A DNA stretch of 64,000 bases from contig JAZRJE010000020.1 of assembly GCA_045645645.1 (NCBI GenBank), forward strand, positions 2,249-66,248, written 5' to 3'. Positions within the stretch are counted from its first letter, which is position 1; the number at the start of each line of letters is the position of its first letter. The translations under genes were made by a program, and so were the position numbers. This document shows positions 28,890 to 37,182 of the stretch, in pieces. The stretch comes from Candidatus Enterousia sp. (GTDB taxonomy: Bacteria; Pseudomonadota; Alphaproteobacteria; Rs-D84). The notes beneath the pieces are model-generated. The model was given only the letters and a program-made list of their open reading frames with translations. It ran no database searches and was not told the DNA's origin.

Positions 28890-31064
28890 GTGAAATTAGG
28901 AATTCTTGCGACTTTATTGTGTGTTTTGCCAGGCTTGTCTATGGCTGATTCCCGTGGAGAAGAGGTGCGTGTCGGTGTTAAGCGTGCGTCTAATGCTGCT
29001 GCGCGTATGCCGACTTTAACAGCGTATACAGGTGGTGGTGTGCCGTCCACGGTTAATGTTTCAAAAAAAGTTACGGTGAAGGATAGTGTCGCAGATACTG
29101 AGAAGGTGCCTGATGTTCCAGAAGAAGTGCCTGGTGATGATGGTGTAGGTGACGAATCGGGTAATAGTACGCCTGTTGTTAATGGAAATTGTCGAGATGC
29201 GTATCGTGAATGTATGGACTTGTTTTGCTTGCTGGATGAGTCAGAGGGAAATCGTTGTGCCTGTTCTTCTAATATAGAGAAGTCTAAAGGGTTGATTCAA
29301 GAAATACAAAATATTCAGTTAGAGGCAGATAAGTTGTACACAGAGGGTGTCGAACGTGAACAGTTGGGCGCCAAGGCAAGGTTAGTGTTTGGTGAAAGTG
29401 AAACGGCTAAGAAAAAATCTGTTTTTTCTGGGTTTGATTTTGCAGCATGGGCTAGTGGTGGTGTTGATGATGAAGAAGGTGAATTGGGTGAGGATCTAGA
29501 TATAGGTGATGCGCTTTATGAAATGGCTGCAGAACAATGTGCGGCTGAGCTGGAGGCCTGTGGTTCCAAGGCAGAGATGGAAGAACTTTTGTATTCGCGT
29601 CAAATAACGGCAGATTGTAAGGCTTTTAATTTGTACTTAAATGAGCAGAAGCTAAATGCACAGGCAAATAAGCGTACGGCTGAAGCTGCTGTGCGTAAAG
29701 CGCGTTTGGAAATGTTAGATACAACCAACAAATATAATCAAGGAGAATGTTTGCTGGCGTATCGTGCCTGTATCGCCGATAAAGGTGGTTGCGGATCGAA
29801 TTTTGAAAATTGCTTAGATGCTGATTTGTTGGGACGTCGTGCCAGTGCTTGTGAAAATGTTTTGGATCAATGTATGGCTGTACGTGATTATGTTTTGAAA
29901 GATTGGCAGGCAGAATCGGAGGCGATTTTAGTTGATGCTGCGAAGTATGCAGATAAGTATCGTCGTCAAACTTGTTTGGCGCAAATTCAGGTTTGTTTGG
30001 AAGATGGTTGTTCGACATCTACAAATTCAGCTTGCTTGTCAGATGTAAATGTTGCAGCAGGCGTTTGCCCGATTATTGATGAGTGCGATTCGATTGTGCC
30101 AGGGTTGAAGTCGGTTGTTAACGATAAGTTGTTCTATCTGCGTACGCAGTTTTGTCAGAATGATGTAGATGCATGTCTGCGTGATAAATGCGGTGAAAAC
30201 TTTACAGCGCCAGAGTGTGTTGGTAAGAAGACGTCTGATATTGTTGCGTTGTGTCCACAAAATATGTTCCCTTCATGTAAAACGGAACCACAGTTTGATA
30301 TAATTGTTCAGGCTGTATTGTTGCAGATGGATTATCAGTTGATGCAGGGATGTGTAAATTATTTTGGTGAACAGTTGGGTAAAGTTTGTGGAACAGACAT
30401 GGCTTGTTTGCCATCAGATTCTACGGTTGAAAGCTTGCAAAAGTTGCCAGAAAGTGCAGATGGAATTGCACAGTTGCGTGCGCAGGTTCAGGCGAATTCT
30501 GTGGCGGCGGTTGACGAATTTTTTGCTCAGTTCCAGCAAGATGTGACAGTGGCTGCATGTATGGATAGTGAAAAGCCAAAGGGGCAAAAGAGTTTGGGTG
30601 ATACTGTGTTTACATCTGCAAAAATGATTGCGCGTATTGGTGCTGAAAATCGTGCGTTACGTGCATTGGAAACTAAGATTGCAGAGTTGTCTCGTCAACA
30701 AGATTTAGAAGAAGCAGAAGCAAACTGTTATAATACGTATAAGGTGGAAACACCAGATAAATCAGCGAAGAATTATAGTTATGTTCGCAGTGTAGCGTTT
30801 GAACCATCGTTGCGTAATTGTCATGTATGTCGTATGCAACAGGTTTGTGAAACTGGCGGTGAATCTAAGGCAACTTCTGCATTAAAAGCGGCTGCTGGCG
30901 GTTTGTCTGCTGGCGCATCTGCTGGCACAATGATTAGTGCTGGTTGGGGAACTGCGATTGGTGGCATAGTTGGTGCTGTTGGTGGGGCTATTGGCGGTGC
31001 GATGTCTGGTGGAAAAAAAGATTTTTGCCAGGAAATCGAATCGTGTGAAGATATAAATATGTAA
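28890..31064 (+). CDS. Large Cys-rich secreted protein, family member, with a C-terminal glycine zipper and a CEDINM tail
   Basis: GTG at 28890 after GGGGG gives the signal peptide VKLGILATLLCVLPGLSMA; the ORF-track ATG at 28797 would add a non-signal extension running into the infA promoter region. CRDAYRECMDLFCLLDESEGNRCACSS, CLLAYRACIADKGGCGSNFENC, CQNDVDACLRDKCGENF. Confidence 0.85.
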   Translation: MKLGILATLLCVLPGLSMADSRGEEVRVGVKRASNAAARMPTLTAYTGGGVPSTVNVSKKVTVKDSVADTEKVPDVPEEVPGDDGVGDESGNSTPVVNGNCRDAYRECMDLFCLLDESEGNRCACSSNIEKSKGLIQEIQNIQLEADKLYTEGVEREQLGAKARLVFGESETAKKKSVFSGFDFAAWASGGVDDEEGELGEDLDIGDALYEMAAEQCAAELEACGSKAEMEELLYSRQITADCKAFNLYLNEQKLNAQANKRTAEAAVRKARLEMLDTTNKYNQGECLLAYRACIADKGGCGSNFENCLDADLLGRRASACENVLDQCMAVRDYVLKDWQAESEAILVDAAKYADKYRRQTCLAQIQVCLEDGCSTSTNSACLSDVNVAAGVCPIIDECDSIVPGLKSVVNDKLFYLRTQFCQNDVDACLRDKCGENFTAPECVGKKTSDIVALCPQNMFPSCKTEPQFDIIVQAVLLQMDYQLMQGCVNYFGEQLGKVCGTDMACLPSDSTVESLQKLPESADGIAQLRAQVQANSVAAVDEFFAQFQQDVTVAACMDSEKPKGQKSLGDTVFTSAKMIARIGAENRALRALETKIAELSRQQDLEEAEANCYNTYKVETPDKSAKNYSYVRSVAFEPSLRNCHVCRMQQVCETGGESKATSALKAAAGGLSAGASAGTMISAGWGTAIGGIVGAVGGAIGGAMSGGKKDFCQEIESCEDINM

Positions 31065-31089
31065 ATAGATACAGAATAAGAGAGAGAGT

Positions 31090-33585
31090 ATGAAAAAAGT
31101 TTATGCATTATGTGGTGTCTTAGCATCGGTGTTGTCATTGTATGCAATGGATGCATCGGCGGCGACTAAGAAAAAGACCTCAACAACAAAACAGGCTGCG
31201 ATTCAAAAGGGGACGTCTGTTCGTGCCAAGGTGACGGCATCTAACCTGTATGATCAGGAATGTTATGATGCGTTCTATGGTTGTATGGATCAGTTCTGTA
31301 TTTCTGATACGTCCAATGGTGGCAGTTGTACCTGCAGTGATTTGTCACTTGAATATGAAAAGAAGTTTGCCAAAGTCCAAGAAAAAATGATAGAAGCTGA
31401 ACGAATCGCAACAGAAGAAGTTGAACGTGTTCAGGCTGGTGCTGATGCCGATATTATCTTTTCTGGTAAACGTGTTTACGATGAAGATGGTAATATTGCA
31501 GATGCTGAACAGGACAAGCAGAACGATAAAGATAAAAAGCGCAAAGAATTACTGGCCATGTTTGAAAATGACTGGTATGACGATGAAGAAGAAGAACTGG
31601 TTGATATTTCTTCGTTAGAAGGGGATGAACTGTTTGCCGCAGCCGAAGAATTGTGTATGGAACAGGTTCCAGAATCCTGTTCTAAGGATTTAACACTGCT
31701 GCGCCAGATGTATTCACGTCAAATTGTGTCTGATTGTAAAGCGTTTGAAAATACAATCGCAGCCAAGGAAATAGAAGCAGATCGTGCCATGACCGCTGCC
31801 GAAGGTGCAGTTCGTGCAGCCTTAAAAGAAAGTTTTGACAGCGCAAATAAATATGATTTGGGTACGTGTATGGTTGAATTTAAAAAATGTATGCGCACCG
31901 AAGATGCCTGTGGTGAAAATTGGGAAAATTGTGTTTCAACAATTGCATCTGAAAATATGCAGAATGAAAAAACAAAAAGTGTTGCTGGGACAACTATTGA
32001 AACAATTAATACATATGATATCACTGCTTCAACAATGGAAATTTTGGATTCAAAACGTATAATTTGTGAACGTGTTTTGGATAACTGTGTCGCGGTTCGT
32101 GATAATGTTTGGCCTGCTTTCCTGCGTGAGGCTGCACCGACGATTCGTGTTGCGGAAACTGCAGCAGAATCCAGAATGCGTCAATCGTGCTTGACTAATA
32201 TTTCAAAATGTATTCAAAAGGCCTGTAAAGATGACATTGTTGGCAAAGGTGTAGATACAATGGATGCATGTTTGTCACGTCCAGATATGGCACGCAGTTT
32301 TTGTAAGGTTGAAATAGATCCTTGTGAACGTATGGAACCGTTAATTTGGGGGTATGTCGTTGATAAATTGGCGGCAATGCGTGTTGATGCATGTACACAA
32401 GAAGTCAAAGATTGTTTTACAGCTGAAACACGTTGTGGTGAAAACTTTGAAAATTGTATAGGTATGGATTATGATTTCATCCATGATATTTGTCCGATTG
32501 ATAGTCTGGTTGTGTGCAAGGCGAATAATCCAAAATTCTCGATGGATGATTTGGATTCAATGTTGATGGGATTGTATTTGAACATAGACAACAGTGCATT
32601 GGATAACTGTCAGGAAATTGTTGATAATAAAATGGCAGAGATTTGTGGTTCTACGACAGACTGTAATGTATTTGCAACAGATGAAGTTTTGGGAACTGGC
32701 AGTTTGTTATCGCAGAAAGATGGGAATGTATATCGTGTAACTGGAATGATATCGTTTGGTGATATCAAGATGGGCAGTGCCAGTGTGACCAAAGATGAAT
32801 CTGAAAAACTGCAACCAGGTCAAATTGGTATAAAAGAATATATGAATAATGTACGTTCAAAGAATGAGAATGTAAAGAATAGTACAGAAATAATTGCGAC
32901 GATTGAGACAGAACTGGAACATATTGCTGGGACGATAAATCGTACAATTGAATTGATAGAATTGGATCCTAAGGTACAATTTTGTATCAGTGGTCGTGAT
33001 TTATCGCAGATTACAGGAAAAAAGAATGCGAAGACAGGCGCACGTTTTCCGAATCTGTTAAATCAGAAGAAGGTACAAATTGCGGCATCAGCGTTGCGCA
33101 AGGCACAGGATAACTATAATGCGAAGTTCCAAAAGCTTGTAGCAGAAGCCACCAAAGACGCCGATGCGGATTTGGCGCAGTATATGTGTCAGCGCTTAGC
33201 GGCGACAGATGGTGAATTGATTGGGGGGCTGAATTCAGATGTTGATACGCCATTGGCACCACCATATGCGATTTCTTATGATGTTGGTGCAGGCTTGAAC
33301 AGTAGTGATTTGTTAACTGGTGGTCATTCGTCTGTTGAAGGATTAAATTCTTCTGTAGACTTTTCCAAGAAATCAACAAAACACAAGTTTGAGGGGGCTG
33401 GTTATACACGTGAAGCATGGTCAACATATGATCGTGAATCCAGAATCTGTCATTTTTGTACCAGCACGATTACACAAAAGTGTGAAACTAAAAAAAGTAG
33501 CGGGTTCCTGGGAATAGGTGCAAGTCAAAAGGCAAGTTGTACGCCGTCTGAACCTGTGGAAAAGTGTGAAGATATCAAAATGTAA
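31090..33585 (+). CDS. Large Cys-rich secreted protein, family member, with a CEDIKM tail
   Basis: TAAGAGAGAGAG precedes the ATG. Signal peptide MKKVYALCGVLASVLSLYAMDASA. CYDAFYGCMDQFCISDTSNGGSCTCSD, CMVEFKKCMRTEDACGENWENC, CTQEVKDCFTAETRCGENFENC. Colinear with the 28890 gene. Confidence 0.88.
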   Translation: MKKVYALCGVLASVLSLYAMDASAATKKKTSTTKQAAIQKGTSVRAKVTASNLYDQECYDAFYGCMDQFCISDTSNGGSCTCSDLSLEYEKKFAKVQEKMIEAERIATEEVERVQAGADADIIFSGKRVYDEDGNIADAEQDKQNDKDKKRKELLAMFENDWYDDEEEELVDISSLEGDELFAAAEELCMEQVPESCSKDLTLLRQMYSRQIVSDCKAFENTIAAKEIEADRAMTAAEGAVRAALKESFDSANKYDLGTCMVEFKKCMRTEDACGENWENCVSTIASENMQNEKTKSVAGTTIETINTYDITASTMEILDSKRIICERVLDNCVAVRDNVWPAFLREAAPTIRVAETAAESRMRQSCLTNISKCIQKACKDDIVGKGVDTMDACLSRPDMARSFCKVEIDPCERMEPLIWGYVVDKLAAMRVDACTQEVKDCFTAETRCGENFENCIGMDYDFIHDICPIDSLVVCKANNPKFSMDDLDSMLMGLYLNIDNSALDNCQEIVDNKMAEICGSTTDCNVFATDEVLGTGSLLSQKDGNVYRVTGMISFGDIKMGSASVTKDESEKLQPGQIGIKEYMNNVRSKNENVKNSTEIIATIETELEHIAGTINRTIELIELDPKVQFCISGRDLSQITGKKNAKTGARFPNLLNQKKVQIAASALRKAQDNYNAKFQKLVAEATKDADADLAQYMCQRLAATDGELIGGLNSDVDTPLAPPYAISYDVGAGLNSSDLLTGGHSSVEGLNSSVDFSKKSTKHKFEGAGYTREAWSTYDRESRICHFCTSTITQKCETKKSSGFLGIGASQKASCTPSEPVEKCEDIKM

Positions 33586-33610
33586 AAATCCCCCGCACGG
33601 GGGATTTTTT
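33584..33610 (+). terminator. Rho-independent terminator
   Basis: AAAAATCCCCC-GCAC-GGGGGATTTTTT. Confidence 0.85.
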
Positions 33611-33781
33611 ATGGGGGTGTTTGTTTGGGTATATTTGACATGGATGTTTTTTTTAGTTTTTTTTGCTTGTGAAAAATGGCCATATAATATATCATATATA
33701 GTGTATAGGAATGTATATAGTGTCGATACAGAAAACTGTTGTCGTGTGTGGTTTTGCTGAAAAAGATAAGGAAGTTAAGGG

Positions 33782-34474
33782 ATGGGATTGTGTAATTTAA
33801 GGCCATTTAAACGTTTTTTATTGTTTGTTCTTATGGCGTTGATAGATATGTCTTATCATACCAAGTTGTTTGCGTACAGTTTGACTGCTGCGGAACGTCC
33901 AAATTGTGGTACTGCTGCGGGGCAGGCATGTGCAGGTTTTTCGACGGGGATGTATTTGTCTGTGGTTGGTGCATCCAATTTAATTATATTAAGTGATAAT
34001 GCTGATTTGTATAAATTGTACAGTAGTACCAGTGCAGGTGTTTCTGGATATCGCAGTATATGCATTTGTTTCACGAAAACAGAATTAGAAAAATTACAAA
34101 GTTGTGACAGAAATTATGGCAGTTGTGGTACAGGGGCCACAGGTATGAGGATGCATGTTTTGCGTTCAGGGCGCAATTCGACAGGTCATCAACATATATC
34201 GTGCGGTGTCTATATGGGTGGGTGTACATGTAATTCGGGATATTATGCGATTATGAATGGGTGTCTGCCGTGTTCAAAAGGGTATTATTGCCCGAAAAAA
34301 ACACCTGTACAATCTACTTATGCTGCGGGGGGCAGTACCCAGTGTCCAACCCCAGGGGTAACAGCGGGTGCTGGGGCGAACAGTATATCCAGTTGTTATA
34401 TCCCGACAGGGTATGTTGGTAAGTCCAATGGCCATACGTATAAATATGTTGCGAATTGTTTTTATGGTAGTTAG
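33782..34474 (+). CDS. Small secreted Cys-rich protein, tandem paralog 1 (GCC2/GCC3-like repeat)
   Basis: AAGGAAG/TAAGGG SD region. N-terminus FKRFLLFVLMALIDMSYHTKLFA. CTCNSGYYAIMNGCLPCSKGYYC...CPTPGVTAGAGANSISSCYIP. Confidence 0.75.
   Translation: MGLCNLRPFKRFLLFVLMALIDMSYHTKLFAYSLTAAERPNCGTAAGQACAGFSTGMYLSVVGASNLIILSDNADLYKLYSSTSAGVSGYRSICICFTKTELEKLQSCDRNYGSCGTGATGMRMHVLRSGRNSTGHQHISCGVYMGGCTCNSGYYAIMNGCLPCSKGYYCPKKTPVQSTYAAGGSTQCPTPGVTAGAGANSISSCYIPTGYVGKSNGHTYKYVANCFYGS
33845..33876 (+). repeat. 32-nt segment identical to 35316..35347 (signal-peptide region of paralogs 1 and 3)
   Basis: GATATGTCTTATCATACCAAGTTGTTTGCGTA is read at both places. Confidence 0.9.
34030..34075 (+). repeat. 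46-nt segment identical to 35501..35546 (paralogs 1 and 3)
   Basis: CAGTGCAGGTGTTTCTGGATATCGCAGTATATGCATTTGTTTCACG is read at both places; it encodes SAGVSGYRSICICFT. Confidence 0.9.
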
Positions 34475-34500
34475 GGGGACAGAATTTATTTGTTTTGTGG

Positions 34501-34530
34501 TTGACAGGTATTGAAATCTTGTGTTAGAAT
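34501..34530 (+). promoter_or_regulatory. sigma70-like promoter candidate (TTGACA-18-TAGAAT)
   Basis: TTGACA at 34501-34506 and TAGAAT at 34525-34530; a GGAGGAA SD precedes the ATG at 34578. Confidence 0.45.
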
Positions 34531-34577
34531 TCGTGGCAAAGGGTGGTTTTTGTTAATTATTATGGAGGAAAGAAACT

Positions 34578-35237
34578 ATGCGGGCCGTTGATTTAAGTTT
34601 TTTTAAAAGGTTTTTTTTGTTTGTGTTGGTGTCGTTGATTAATGTGGTGTATAACACGAATTTGTCTGCGTATACGACCCAAGCTGCAGTAAATGGCAAC
34701 TGTACAGCATCAACGACAGGGTGGTCCTGTAAACGTATTTCTTCATGGGGCGAATCATTTATCCAAGGCCCAGTTAGTTTATATAATACAGCAGTTGCTA
34801 ACCAAGTGTGTTTGTGTTTAAGTACCGCAGAAATGAATTCTGCCACTAATTGTAGAACAGCATCCAGTGGTAGTCCAAAAAGATGTAACGCCATGTATAC
34901 TGGAACGATGGGTACGATGGGTTATATTTATTATGATGTTGTTGCGAAATCATGTAACGGCACACTTGATTGTTATTGTGACGCAGGTTATTATGCTGCT
35001 AATTCAAAGACATGTACCAAATGCAGTGGAAGCTATTATTGTGCAGGTAAAGGTAACATGGTATCACAAGTGGGTGGTATTGGACTGGCAACAAGTAAGG
35101 CTTGCCCAAGTCCAGGGACAACCGCTGGTGGTGCAACGACTATTGGCAGCTGTTATATTCCTGCAAACTCACTTATTACAGAAAGTGGCACTGGGCATAC
35201 ATATGATTATGCGTATGATTGTTATTATGCAAGTTAA
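34578..35237 (+). CDS. Small secreted Cys-rich protein, tandem paralog 2 (GCC2/GCC3-like repeat)
   Basis: N-terminus FFKRFFLFVLVSLINVVYNTNLSA. CYCDAGYYAANSKTCTKCSGSYYC...CPSPGTTAGGATTIGSCYIP. Confidence 0.75.
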   Translation: MRAVDLSFFKRFFLFVLVSLINVVYNTNLSAYTTQAAVNGNCTASTTGWSCKRISSWGESFIQGPVSLYNTAVANQVCLCLSTAEMNSATNCRTASSGSPKRCNAMYTGTMGTMGYIYYDVVAKSCNGTLDCYCDAGYYAANSKTCTKCSGSYYCAGKGNMVSQVGGIGLATSKACPSPGTTAGGATTIGSCYIPANSLITESGTGHTYDYAYDCYYAS

Positions 35238-35252
35238 ATTGTGGGGAAAGAT

Positions 35253-36026
35253 ATGCGACAGATTAAGTTGACATTATTTAAGCGTTTTCTGTTGTTTTTT
35301 TTGATGCTTTTTGTTGATATGTCTTATCATACCAAGTTGTTTGCGTATGTTTTCACTGGTCATAATATGTCAAATTGTGGTATTACAGCTGGGCAAGCAT
35401 GTTCTGGTTATTCTTCTGGGGTTTATGTAACTCTCCTTAGTCAGCTAAATATAATGGTGTTGAGTGAAAACAAAACTCTTTATGGTTTAATATCGAGTGG
35501 CAGTGCAGGTGTTTCTGGATATCGCAGTATATGCATTTGTTTCACGCAAGCAGAATTAAGTAAATTACAAAGTTGTGCAAGCAGTAGTTATGGCAGTTGT
35601 GGTATGGGGGCTACTGGTACGGCTATGCATGTTTTGTATGAAGGGCAGGATGCTACAGGTAATGAACATATATCATGTGGCAGATATAAGGGGGGGTGTA
35701 TATGTACTTCGGGATATTATGCGGTTGTGAATGGATGTGTTATGTGTTCTAGTGGATATTATTGTTCTTCTAATACACATGTTTATTATGATCAGGCAGG
35801 GGGGGGAAGTAAGGCTTGTTCACTAGGCTATTATCAGCCAAATACAGGTCAGATCTCTTGTTACCGTTGCCCAAGTGCATCATCTGTATCTGGTACGGCA
35901 TATGGTGTAACAGCAAATACTGGGGCAACGTCGGTTACGGATTGTTATATTGCTTCTACACAGAATTTACAGGATGCATTTGGTTTTTTCAATTTTAGTA
36001 AAAATTGTAGTGCGCAGGCTTCGTAA
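35253..36026 (+). CDS. Small secreted Cys-rich protein, tandem paralog 3 (two GCC2/GCC3-like repeats)
   Basis: GGGGAAAG SD before the ATG at 35253 (the ORF-track start 35241 is GTG). LFKRFLLFFLMLFVDMSYHTKLFA. CICTSGYYAVVNGCVMCSSGYYC and CSLGYYQPNTGQISCYRCPSASSVSGTAYGVTANTGATSVTDCY. Confidence 0.75.
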   Translation: MRQIKLTLFKRFLLFFLMLFVDMSYHTKLFAYVFTGHNMSNCGITAGQACSGYSSGVYVTLLSQLNIMVLSENKTLYGLISSGSAGVSGYRSICICFTQAELSKLQSCASSSYGSCGMGATGTAMHVLYEGQDATGNEHISCGRYKGGCICTSGYYAVVNGCVMCSSGYYCSSNTHVYYDQAGGGSKACSLGYYQPNTGQISCYRCPSASSVSGTAYGVTANTGATSVTDCYIASTQNLQDAFGFFNFSKNCSAQAS

Positions 36027-36039
36027 AGGATTAATGAAT

Positions 36040-36177
36040 ATGAGTAAAAAGGAAAAAATGAAAAAAATGGCCGAAGATTTCTTGTGGGCGAATGCTGGGG
36101 ATTCTGTGGGCTGTTATGGGGGGGGAAAACGGGTGTTTAAAAAAATGCCATGGTATAAAATGATGCAAGGTAGTTAA
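36040..36177 (+). CDS. Possible 45-aa ORF between paralog 3 and the first GT2 gene
   Basis: AAGGA lies 9 nt upstream of the ATG at 36040. MSKKEKMKKMAEDFLWANAGDSVGCYGGGKRVFKKMPWYKMMQGS. It contains a G8 tract and ends 3 nt before the GT2 start. Coding status is unproven. Confidence 0.3.
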   Translation: MSKKEKMKKMAEDFLWANAGDSVGCYGGGKRVFKKMPWYKMMQGS

Positions 36178-36180
36178 GCA

Positions 36181-37182
36181 ATGAAAAGTAACCCAAAAAA
36201 GATAGAAAAAGTAATAAAAACTAATAAAAAACCAGCAATTTCAATAATTGTTGCTAATTATAATAATGATATTTATCTGGATGATTGTATCCGCAGTATT
36301 GTAACGCAGTCATTTTCTGATTTTGAATGTATCATTATCGACGATGGTTCAACGGATGGTTCAAAACATATTATAAACCGTTGGGCAAAACAAGATCCAC
36401 GTATTATCCCAGTGTTCCAAGAAAATAAGGGGGCGTCTGCAGCACGTAATGTTGGCTTAAATATGGCACGTGGACGCTGGATCGGATTTTTGGATGCAGA
36501 CGATTGTTTTTGTGCAGATGGTTTAAAAGTTTTATATGAATGTGGTGAACAAAATTCTGCTGATATTGTTGGTGGCGGTGGTGTGCGTGTGCCAGATGAT
36601 TTTAAGCTGGGGGATGCAAAATCGACAGCAAATTTTACAAATCCACCCTTTATTATTTTAGGTTTTAATGACGCTGATGTGGTCAAGATGGAATATTTGG
36701 GTGAAACACATCGTTTGGTGTGGGTCTGGCGCAGGTTGTTCCGTCGTGAAGTATTAGAAAATGTGCGTTTTGATGAAAATTTGTATCCTGGGGAAGACAC
36801 GTGCTTTATCTATGAGGCTTTGCCACGTGCGGGACGTATCATCGAATGCAGGGGGATGGTTGTTTATCATCGTATGGCGCGTCGTTCGGTGTCTTCGGCA
36901 CCGTTTAACCAGAAGTCTTTTAACTGGATTGTGCCAACAATGAAGCGTTTGCGTTGGATCATGGATACATATTATTCAAAACGATATCAAAAACACTTTT
37001 ATAGCCATTACTTGGATATGTTGACGTTTGAAATCGTTGTTAGAACACTTGGTAACGGGCGCATGATGTATGAAGCGGCGCATCACCTGCGTGAGATATA
37101 TGGGACTAGATTTTTCCCAACAAAATATATGAAGCGTAGCCGTCGTATAATTTTATGGTTGTTTATGAAAATTTTCGGGTAG
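36181..37182 (+). CDS. Family 2 glycosyltransferase
   Basis: ISIIVANYNNDIYLDDCIRSIVTQSFSDFECIIIDDGSTDGS and GFLDADD. Confidence 0.85.
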   Translation: MKSNPKKIEKVIKTNKKPAISIIVANYNNDIYLDDCIRSIVTQSFSDFECIIIDDGSTDGSKHIINRWAKQDPRIIPVFQENKGASAARNVGLNMARGRWIGFLDADDCFCADGLKVLYECGEQNSADIVGGGGVRVPDDFKLGDAKSTANFTNPPFIILGFNDADVVKMEYLGETHRLVWVWRRLFRREVLENVRFDENLYPGEDTCFIYEALPRAGRIIECRGMVVYHRMARRSVSSAPFNQKSFNWIVPTMKRLRWIMDTYYSKRYQKHFYSHYLDMLTFEIVVRTLGNGRMMYEAAHHLREIYGTRFFPTKYMKRSRRIILWLFMKIFG

